DNA from: Octopus vulgaris
Lineage: Eukaryota
Direction: 5' to 3'
Assembly: GCA_951406725.2 (NCBI GenBank)
Contig: OX597817.1
Coordinates: forward strand, 68,882,001-68,946,000
DNA length: 64,000 nt
Made by a program: the position numbers and the translations under genes. Positions 54,128 to 64,000 of the stretch are shown here, piece by piece. Numbering within the stretch: the first letter of the stretch is position 1; every line of letters starts with the position of its first letter. Under the pieces are notes generated by a model. That model was given only the letters and a program-made list of their open reading frames with translations, did not search any database and was not told the DNA's origin.

Positions 54128-54133
<6 letters not shown>
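53317..54133. mobile_element. Palindromic (foldback/MITE-like) element
   Basis: Arms are symmetric about TTTAAAACTG-T-CAGTTTTAAA (centre 53630). Termini ATATCAATGTTCAAGGAGG and CCTCCTTGAACATTGATAT. Right arm is interrupted by a SINE. Confidence 0.88.
53804..54026 (-). mobile_element. SINE family B inserted in the palindrome arm
   Basis: 18-bp TSD AAATATATATGTATATAT (53786-53803, 54027-54044); homologous to 32851. Confidence 0.92.
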
Positions 54134-54173
<40 letters not shown>

Positions 54174-54179
54174 CTATAT

Positions 54180-54431
54180 GACTGACCAAGCTATCAGATG
54201 TTATACATCACTGGTCACAATGCACTTTGCACTGATTTAGCCTTTGATTCATGCCACCTAGCTGGCTAGGTGAGCATGCTAATATTCTTCTTTAATTGAA
54301 AGGGGGATTGGGGCAACGTGAAATGAAGTTGCTTTGCTCAAGAACACAACATGCCACCCAGTCAGGGAACTGAACCCACAATCTACCAGTCATTGAGCAC
54401 AACACCCAACCACAAGGCCACATGCCTTCAC
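54180..54431 (-). mobile_element. SINE family C (body alpha + tail Y)
   Basis: Head GTGAAGGCATGTGGCC; body TGTGTTCTTGAGCAAAGC; tail GCTCACCTAGCCAGC..CATTGTGACCAG..ACATCTGATAGC as in 22115-22215. Confidence 0.8.
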
Positions 54432-55327
54432 TATACATACATAAACATGTATGTTTTTATACATGTATGTATATATGTATGTGTGTATGTATGTAAGCTC
54501 ATTAAAAGTTTGTGTAGAAGTGTATAAAAAGACTTGGTTTCTTTCAGTGTTTGTGTCTTTACTCCCACATAAACAATATGTTATGTCTATATGCAAGTAG
54601 TTATACAAACAAAATACCAGCACATTTTTTTTCTTTCTAGTGAAGAATTGGTACAATAGTCATTGACCATCTTTTTAATTTACTTGGCTTCTGAGAGAAG
54701 TGTATACATCTAAAGAAAATCTGCAGCTTTGTTTGACGCTACAAAGCTATAACTTGTAAAACCTTTAAGCATGATATTTCTGTAACATTGGTTGGGAATT
54801 CTTGATTCAGGAAGCTATGATGACACTGAAGCTAAACAAACTAATAATAAAATCAGAGACAATAGATTTGCCATATGAATTGGCTATGTTTGTATTGTTC
54901 AGCAAACAATTCTAACAAAACAGACATTTCTATGTAATTTGGGGTAACAGAGAAAATTCGTGACCTCAAGCAACTTGGTAAGTGAAGGGTCTTAAAGAGA
55001 ATGACTATAAAAATAGATATTAATTAGGCTCTGATTCTAACAAAGCTTCTGTCAGCTTTACTCTGCCATTAAGAAAATTGATGTATAAAATTGCTTTGTA
55101 AAGTGAATGTATCAGCGATGTTCTGTGAAGGTTAAATGAAGATAATAGCCTCATCAGATTGGTACCATGAGATGAGAGAGGTGAGAGAGGCAGGCAAATA
55201 GACAGAGACAGAGAGAGAGAAGCAGAAAGAGAGAGAAAGAGGCAAAAGAGAGAGACAGATGGAGAGAAGGAGAAGTAAATTGAAATTCAACAATTGTAGA
55301 AACTGCTGAAGAATTTAAATGAATGGT

Positions 55328-55382
<55 letters not shown>

Positions 55383-55927
55383 CAAGACTTGTAATTAGCT
55401 GACTTGGAAGATTTATTCGCATTTAGAAAAATAGAAAAGAAATAATAAAATAGTTGAAGAAAAGAGAAAAAAATAATGAAAAAAATGAAGATGAAAATTT
55501 AAAAAATATAAAATAAAATAAAATATAAAGACAAAATATTCCTGTACTTTGGGGAGTATATTAAGATTTTAAAATTTCATATCTGTATTCATATACAAAA
55601 TAAAATTTTAAAAATGCATGTTTTCATTGAGACTGCTGGAAGTAAAGATGATGTTGGGGTGGAGCACAGGGACAATAATACCATTTGCATGAAAATATAA
55701 TGGTAAAGAGGGTGCTAGCAAACAGGATATTGCAAAACGAGGTATTTTAATTAATTAATTAATTGAAATGATACCAAATTTTTATCCAAACTAATAATTC
55801 TATTTCTGAAAAAAAAAACACCTCAGAAAAACATTACCAAAATTTTATGCCGCAAATTAAGGAAGGGACTAAATCTGATATTTTGCAGCATGGCGATGAT
55901 CTCACAAGTTTCTATGTGCTTCAGTCT

Positions 55928-56255
55928 GACCGGTGCTGTGTCAGTTATGATGACAAGGGTTCCAGTTGATCTGATCAACGGAACAGCCTGCTCATGAAAT
56001 TAATGTGCAAGTGGCTGAGCACTTCACAGGCACACGTACCCTTAATGTAGTTCTCAATGAGATTCAGCATGACACAGAATGTGACAAGGCTGGCCTTTTG
56101 AATTTACAGATACTACTCATTTTTGCCAGCTGAGTGAACTGGAGCAAGACGAAATAAAATATTTCACTCAGGGATACAATGCTCTGACAGGAATAGAACT
56201 CACAACCTTGTAATCATGAGCCAAATACACTAACCACTAAGCCATACGTCTTCAC
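55928..56255 (-). mobile_element. SINE family C (body alpha + tail Z)
   Basis: Reverse complement homolog of 11193-11512. Confidence 0.88.
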
Positions 56256-56336
56256 ATGCTTGGGTCTAATTAGACCTCAACAGCAAAGGTTGGTCTAATA
56301 GCAATTTCAAGATCATTGACTTGAATTAGTCTTTAA

Positions 56337-56557
56337 CACATTCGTTACTGTATTTATTTTGGGATGCTCTGTGTTTCTTTCAATTATTTTAAATATAACA
56401 AAGAATTTAGTAAAATAACTTAGTTATCATTAAGCTAGTGTTGGGAACAAAAATCAGGACTAAGGTTTGGTGGAAGATTTTAATTCAAAATTTATGAAAA
56501 TAAGACATTTGTACTACAGAGCCACAGTTGGTTTCAGCCGAGTTGGTAACTAAAGGG
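56337..56557. mobile_element. piggyBac-type MITE
   Basis: TTAA flanks on both sides (56333-56336, 56558-56561). TIRs CACATTCGTTAC and GTAACTAAAGGG. Confidence 0.78.
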
Positions 56558-57012
56558 TTAATATAAAGATTCAATTCAAATTAATTTAACATCATTGTCT
56601 CACTAGATCAAGTATGAGCACTTGATAATAAGTTTTTCAAGTAGAAGGGGTCCTTATGCATTTTTCCCCAGTGACACTTCTATGTTATTACAACATTATT
56701 TTCATTCATGAAAAACTTACATGTTCCACATTACCATTCCGGCAAGCATGGAAAATTATTTTGCATCGGTAAGATGAGATTCGTTGAAGCAGAACTTCCA
56801 CAGCCAAATGTGGATGCTCTTCCTGTCACTAAACCTCACTTGTTTCCAAGCTTGGTAATATTTTTCCAAAGGTTATGTTTACAATTAGCATATGATACCA
56901 AATAGACTCACACACATACACACACATATATAATTAAATATATATATATATATATATATACATGTATATGTGTGTTTATGCATGTGTATGTGTGCGTGTT
57001 TATAAATATATA

Positions 57013-57212
57013 CCTGAGCTTCCTTGATCCAGTTGGACATCAAGGAAGTGACAACTGGCAGGCGAGTGAGACAACTGGTGCACTTCTAGAGCAGAGCTTG
57101 TTTTTTGCTGAGTAAACTGGAATGCCATGAAATGAAGCACTTTGCTCAAGCACACCACATGCTAACCTGGTCCATGATTTTATGACCATGAATTCAATAC
57201 CCAAACCACTAA
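57013..57212 (-). mobile_element. SINE family C (body alpha + tail V with terminal stem-loop)
   Basis: Degenerate head and alpha body; 3' hairpin CTTCCTTGAT/ATCAAGGAAG (57019-57048). Confidence 0.6.
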
Positions 57213-58007
57213 AGACGAGACAGTCATATCTGGAAAGCCACTGATCATCTATTTTGCTTAATTCGAGCTAACCTGAGTCTAAACAGCATCATTAATAAAA
57301 ATTACCATTATCTTAGTTCTAGAATTAATGCTCAGCTTAATATCTTCACATTTGGATGTTTCCCAAGGGTAAATAGATTCACAAGCTTACATGTTGCATA
57401 CACCAGAGCTAAGATTTAGCAACAAATCAATCATCATTCTCTGAAAGCAGAAAACAAATGAAGAAGAATGCAATGAAATAATAATTCACAGGGTGCTGTT
57501 ATAGAGATATTGTTTGTAGAAGCAATAGATGACTAATATTTTCATTAATAGTGACAAAAGATTGCCAATATTTCAATATTATTTCATATTTTATTTAACA
57601 ATTGATCATTATTAAGATCGTTTATTTTCATGCAGAGGTAACTATAAAATTTCTAAAGCTGAAATTTTTGATCATTATGAGAATATTAAAAATCCATTGA
57701 GCTAAATGTTTGTTTAGGATGCATTCTTTCATTCTGTTGCTACATCTCTATAAAATGGCAAATGATACATTGTGTTTAAGCATGAAACTTAAGAGATGAG
57801 GCCAGGAAGAAGTATGAAAATATTGATACTGATAAAATTTGTTGCCCACTTCTAGCATGAGAATCTCTATCTTCTAAACATTTGTAAAATCTGGAGGAGG
57901 AGAAATGACACTTAAAGAAGGGTAAAATATATTATACTTCCTTCCTTGATATCTTAAGCCTTTTCATTACCATAATTCTGTTACAATACATTTTGTACAA
58001 TTAATAG

Positions 58008-58166
58008 TGCATGGCTCAGTGGCTAGAGTGTTAAGTAGTGAGTTTGATTCCCAGACTGGGCTGTGTATTGTGTTCTTGAGCAAGACACTTTACTTCACAG
58101 TGCTCTAGTTCACTCAGTTGTAGAAATGAGTTGTGATGTCACTGGTGCCAAGCTCTATCAGCCTTT
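58008..58166 (+). mobile_element. SINE family C (alpha + W), partial
   Basis: Colinear with 48975-49150. Confidence 0.75.
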
Positions 58167-58364
58167 ATATTGCCAACATTGTTGAATTCAAAGGTTGCTT
58201 TTTATGAACAGTAAACAAAATTATTTATTTTTTAATCAAAAGTTGCTGGAAGTGAAATTTATAGAGATCTATGTCTGACTCATAACTAGAGTTAAACAAG
58301 CTCAATAATGGACTCTCATGTCAGGTTCGACATATGAGGACCTAACAAGCTAAACTTTCTTTGT

Positions 58365-59060
58365 CAGTCATAAAGCTTATGGTGAATGTGACATTTGAAT
58401 CTTGCTAATGATTTACAAAGATTCTCACAGACATTGCAAGCATGAGCATTACAGGTCAGCACAGGCAGCATCTTTGCAGCCACTTTTCTCCTTTGCCTTG
58501 CACCCCTCAGCCACAATCCTGTGCCTACTATCAAGCTGGTTGTACATGAGGACTTTGGGTATTCTTTTATCACTCATTCTGATGACACGGCCATCCAAGT
58601 TCAATTGCAACTGCACAAGGAATCTTTTAATTCTACTAATCTTATACTTGCTAAATAGGTTGACCTTAGATACTCTGCCTTTTAGTGTATACCTGTAGAT
58701 TTCCTTGAGACAGCCTTTATGAAAGACATCTAGTTGGTTAATGTGCCACTTACAAGGTGTCCATGATTCCAAGTCATACAAGAGATTAGTAAGAATGGCA
58801 GCTTTATAGATTTGTACTTTGGTGTCAAGTTTAATGCTCCTACATTCCACAGATGATAGAGCTTGCCAAAAGCATTGGTTGCTTTCACAAGACTGTTAAC
58901 CATTTCTTCATCAAAAGAAGTGCTCGAGTACACATTTCTATCAAGATATGTAAATGACTTGCCGTCAACCTGTATAGGAGTGGGGCAAAGTTGGTGAAGC
59001 ACTTCTGTTTTCTTTATGCCCATGGTCAAGTCAAAGGCTTTACATGCAGCAGAAAGGAGG
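58365..59060 (-). pseudogene. Decayed BovB-like RTE LINE (end of RT, thumb and C2H2 finger)
   Basis: SAACKAFDLTMGIKKTEVL, FTYL, TKVQIYKAAILTNLLYDLESW, RMSDKRIPKVLMY, CNVCENLCKSLARFKCH across three frames. Confidence 0.88.
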
Positions 59061-61201
59061 TGTGACAACAACAACAACAACACTGCTAATAGCTCTCAAC
59101 TTTTGCAGAAACTATGTTTAAATAAACACACATACATTCACTCTCACACATACACACACACACATTATAGGAAATATATTTTTGTGAGCATTTTGCTGTA
59201 CAAAAATAATGGTATGCATTGGATACAAGTGTCAATTATATAGGAATAAATATGGTATTCATAATTAAAATTATGAAAGCAATAAACAGAATATAGAGGC
59301 TATAACCAGAAATAGAAAAAAAAAATGATGGAATGAGGCAAAATTTTCAACTTGGACAATTTTTTGACTGGCATTGATTTCATGTGGTTACCTCTTTGAC
59401 ATGTAGGCAACCAGATGTCATCTATTCAACCACAACATCAACAATAGATGCAAGGATTGCATAGAAAAATATAAATAATTTCAGTAATTATTCAATGGTA
59501 TTTGAGTTTCATAAAGTAATAGAATATCATGATCTTTGTTCAATTTAATATAGAAGAATTTTTGCCTGACACATGATGCCAAACCATTGTTTACATTCTG
59601 TGGTGCCATTTGTTCAGCGGCTGTAACATCATCTAGATCAGGAAATTTCTGTTCAATTAAAATTAAAATTTTTAAAGAAGTATTTTTATCCTAACTTCTG
59701 AAGCATTTTGTACAATATTTAAACACATTTTGTTGTATTTTTGGCTTCATTACTAATAGATATTTTTCTTTTCTATAATTTTTCTCGAAACTTTTAAGAA
59801 TTATTGTAATCTACCAAGAAATTTCATAAAGAATTTAGTAAGAGATATTTAACAGTGAAAATGAAAATGAAAACTAAAAATAAAATGGATGTTTGATATT
59901 TAGTAGTGTTCAGGTTTAATTAAGCTTGTGACTAATTAAATATTGATATTGTGGCAACTTACACACACACATGCACATGTACACACACACACATGTGCAT
60001 ACACATACATACATGTATAGCTGTACATATAGCAGAATGGTGTGCACAATCATACAAGTTCATAGAGACCTGTACACAGACATATGTGATGCACATACAC
60101 ACATATAAGCACATATAAAACATGCACACACATAGAAGCACATGTACAACATGCACACACATATAAATATATATGCATATATGAAGCAAAGCTGTATTAA
60201 CATATGTCTGTGTGGGAGGTTAGCGTTACACACACACACACACATTATATATATATACATGCACACTCACAGAGATACAGATATACACGTATATATACAT
60301 ATATATTCATACACTCAAACACACATGCACACACACACACAAATATATACATACATACATATATAGCAAGAGAGAGAAAAAGAGAGATACAGAGAAATTT
60401 CTTACACACGCAAACAGATTCGATGACACTAACATATATGCACACACACATACATTTTCTTACTGGTATCAACGTTTTTCTATCATTCAATCCAACACTT
60501 TAAACTCTTTCTCAAGTCAAAAGATTAAGTCAAAAGATTATTATTATTTGGCAAAGGTAGTATTTTCTCTTCTTTGTGTAAGTCACTTCTTCCCACTCTT
60601 TCTCTCTCTCTCTCTCTCTCTTCCCCATCCATTTCTAACCTGCTCCTTTTACATTCATTTCGTTCCTCCTTCACTTCTTGTGTGTTAGTTTGTTATCTGA
60701 CGAGATGTAGGATTTGTGATTAAAGTTAAGTCAGAAATTATTTCAGTTAGCTGCACAAAAGAGATATATATCACATCAGAGAAGTTCATTGAATTAATTC
60801 ATGTCAAAAATTGTTTGATCCAGATCGCTAATTTTACATGTATATGTGTGCCTGTGATTGTGTTTCATTGTGGAGATTGTGTGCGTGTGTGTGTGTGTGT
60901 GTGTGCGTGCGTGCGTGCATGCATATTTTGTAATTGTCATATTGGATGTTTTCTAAATCGTTGTCTGTTTTATTCTTAGAAGTACGAAAGTTTTTCATAT
61001 CTGTGGGTTGACTAATGATTCTCAATCTCATTATATCTGAGTTGGAATCAAATGAAAACACACACACACAAGTGTGCGTACACATGCATGCATGCACACA
61101 CACACACACACTCATGCACACAATATGTACATATAAACATACATCTATTCGTGAACATACATTTATGCATACATACTTAAATTTTTCTTTGGCTGTGTCT
61201 A

Positions 61202-61335
61202 GGCACAGGAGTGACTGTGGTAAGAACCTTGCTTCCCAACCACATGGTTCCAGGTTCAGTCCCATTGCATTGTACCTTGGGCAAGTGTCTTCTACTATAG
61301 CCTTGGGCTGACCAAACCCTTGTGAGTGGATTGTT
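61202..61335 (+). mobile_element. SINE family A, 5' part
   Basis: GGCACAGGAGTGACTGTGG...CCTTGGGCAAGTGTCTTCTACTATAGCC. Confidence 0.85.
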
Positions 61336-61437
61336 CACAGGTAATCTAAACAATTAGGTAAGTGCTGTAATGGATTACTAGGGCTCTAAAGTTATAGCTA
61401 AGATGGTAGTTATGGAGCCATTGCAGCACTATATATA

Positions 61438-61838
61438 CAGGGGTTGGACAAAATAATGGAAATACCTAGCATCATAGCATCATAATTTTGAAATATCTAT
61501 AAAACCATCAAAAGCTTGTATATTTTTATGTTTTTAATTCATTATTAGTGTTGCTTAATATGTTTTGCTAAAATTGCTGTTTCTTTTCAGATATCATCAG
61601 AAAAAGGTAATTAAAATTCATTAAAATGACAGATCTATTGGACTTTCAAAGAGGTCAAATTGTTGGTGCTCGTATGGCAGGTGATAGCATAATGAACACA
61701 GCCGAAATGTTTGGTGGATCAAGAAGTACTGTCTTGAAAGTAATGACAGCCTTTGAGAAAGAGGGAAAAACCTCCTCGTCAAAATGAAACTCCAGGAAAA
61801 AAACAAAACTTTCAGATAGGGACCGTCGGACTTTTACA
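61438..61838 (+). mobile_element. Tc1-like transposon, left end and transposase N-terminus
   Basis: TA followed by CAGGGGTTGGACAAAATAATGGAAA. From ATG 61626: MTDLLDFQRGQIVGARMAGDSIMNTAEMFGGSRSTVLKVMTAFEKEGKTSSSK*NSRKKTKLSDRDRR (paired-like HTH). Confidence 0.88.
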
Positions 61839-61906
61839 TGAGTTGGTGTGTTAGTTGAACTGTCGATGCATACACCCAAGTTTGTGCATCTATTCACATA
61901 AGAATC

Positions 61907-62100
61907 TCACATGGAGAATATTTGGAATGTCTTACAAATCTTCACTGTGTCACCAACAGATTGGATCTGAAGAATCCACATCAGTTTCTTCACCTTGAAA
62001 CAAAGTATTTCTAGTTTTTTGTAGAAATTTGTTGGTACATAATATAATGCACCTATGATAATAGGTACAAATGGGAATTTATAGTCAGGGCACAAGAGCT
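61907..62100 (-). pseudogene. Dong/R4-like LINE restriction-like endonuclease C-terminus remnant
   Basis: QLLCPDYKFPFVPIIIGALYYVPTNFYKKLEILCF...LQIQSVGDTVKICKTF resembles the R4-clade VPIVIGALG...LQ....GT..I.R.F terminus. Abuts (TATG)n; may continue to ~62400. Confidence 0.65.
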
Positions 62101-62434
62101 GTATGTATGTACATATGTACATATGTTTGTATGTATGTATGTATGTAATGTATGCATGTGTGTATAGTGTTAGAAATGGCATAGTTCACAAGGAGATGAA
62201 GTGAATAATCACTGAAATATTCGTAATCCCAAAGAGGTAACATGTAGAAAATATTCTCGGTGTTTTTATCTGGTACATTCAAGGGCCATTTCGCTCATTT
62301 GCTTAATTCCCATAAAGTCATAGCACTGATTACCTGTTGAATTTATGTGCATGCTCTGTGACTTAATACCTTGCTTAGATAAACAAAGATTGTACTGCAT
62401 AGATTCATGATCTTCTACATATTTCTCTGTGTGC

Positions 62435-62502
<68 letters not shown>

Positions 62503-62503
62503 G

Positions 62504-62532
62504 TATGTCCATTTATATATATATATATATAT

Positions 62533-62563
<31 letters not shown>

Positions 62564-62694
62564 TACACATATATCGCTCCTTGTATATGTGTAAACATTT
62601 ATGTGCATACATGCACACATGCATATATGTGTGTGTGTGTATGTAAAGGGGAAGGGGTAAATATGCACACACACACACGCACAATATGTCCATT

Positions 62695-62734
<40 letters not shown>

Positions 62735-62856
62735 TACACATATATCTCTCCTTGTATATGTGTGGACATTTATGTGCATACATGCACACATGCATATATG
62801 TGTGTGTGTTTAAAGGGGAAGGGGTAAATATGCACTCACGCACACGCACAATATGT
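62504..62856. repeat. Tandem duplication of a ~180-bp microsatellite-rich unit
   Basis: TATGTCCATTTATATA..(GA)n..TCCTTGTATATGTGT..TAAAGGGGAAGGGGTAAATATGCAC..CGCACAA occurs twice. Confidence 0.9.
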
Positions 62857-63686
62857 GTTGAGATTGGAAGCTTTTCTTTCAAATGACATTATATTGAAGG
62901 CATACACTTGAAACTCACTTTTTTATTTAATAGATTTTTGTATTTTCTTGTAAGTACTTTATGCCTTCAATGCCCAGCAACTTCTCTCTCACTCTCTCTC
63001 TCTCTATCTATCTATCTCTCTCGTGCTGTACCTTTTCATCTACATTAATGTTACACATCTGATGGATCATGTTCATCTCATTTCTCCCCAACCTTTGAAG
63101 AGTCACTATGCTTGATGCACATGTCTTTCAACCATACAGTTTCTCATTACCTTTGCATGCTTCAGGCAGTCTGTTTCTATCTTTTTTTTTTTTTATAAGA
63201 GAAAATTTTTTTTTTATTGTTGCCAACAGTGTTAACATCTCCTTGAACTTCTTGCAACCCTTTGTGAGGTGTGCCTGTGAGAAACCGCTATAAAGTCTCC
63301 TGGCCTACAAGAAATAACAGTCAGCTTTGTTCAAGTACAAGTTACTGTCTTAAAAGAGAGAGACATTGGAAAATATAGAGTTCTTGGTATACACAAATGC
63401 AGGACGGCCACAGCTGGAATGCCTTTGATCGAGGTCGAACACTCTCAGTGCAGGAAAACAACAGCCTTTCTTTGGTATAGCTTCTTTTGATCTTATAATC
63501 ACCCCCATCATCCTAATCATTGTTGTCGTCTTCATCGTCATGATCATGATCATCATCATCATCCTAATCATCATCATCATCGCCATCATCATGATCATGA
63601 TCATTATCGTCATCATCATCTATCCACTTTCTATGCTAACATAGATTGGATGGTTCAACAGGATCTATAATGTAAATCCTATTGAT

Positions 63687-63961
63687 CAGAGATTCTCAAT
63701 AACTTTTTTTAACTTATGAACCTCATTGCTTCTTATTTTACTCTACTGGACCCCATAGACATTTGAAATTTTAAAAAAATATTATTATATTTTTGTAATT
63801 AAATATTATTAGGAATTGTATTGAAAAAAAATTGTTAAAATGTTATCAGCATTGTAGAAGTATAACTAATTAATTGCACATAAACTTCGGCAACAAAATC
63901 TTATATAGACCCCACAAGGGTCATATGGACGCCCCACACCCCACCCAGTTGAGAACTACTA
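63687..63961. mobile_element. hAT-type MITE, old
   Basis: Ends CAGAGATTCTCAA and TTGAGAACTACTA. Diverged 8-bp TSD CTATTGAT / CTGTAGAT. Confidence 0.65.
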
Positions 63962-64000
63962 CTGTAGATCCTCCATCCACCTCCCTCTTATAATGTAGTA

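Overview
AT-rich, microsatellite-saturated eukaryotic DNA. The repeat content (abundant tRNA-headed SINEs with internal TA/TG tracts, RTE LINEs with (GAT)n tails) resembles an octopus (coleoid cephalopod) genome; this is inferred, not verified. I found no host protein-coding exon, so the window is probably intronic or intergenic, and almost all ORFs in the supplied track are translations of simple repeats. The real coding remnants are all transposon-derived: a young 5'-truncated RTE LINE with a 792-codon open frame and a C4HC3 PHD finger inside its reverse transcriptase (16.3-18.9 kb), a decayed second copy (43.0-45.7 kb), BovB-like RTE fragments, two mariner and one Tc1 transposase remnants, a Penelope GIY-YIG remnant and a Dong/R4-like endonuclease remnant. 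Non-autonomous elements include four Helitrons, hAT- and piggyBac-type MITEs, a ~0.8 kb palindromic element, more than 20 SINE copies with shuffled head/body/tail modules, a tRNA-iMet pseudogene, and a retroposed unit pairing a ~45-bp hairpin with a tRNA-like gene. Family labels A/B/C are my own working names.
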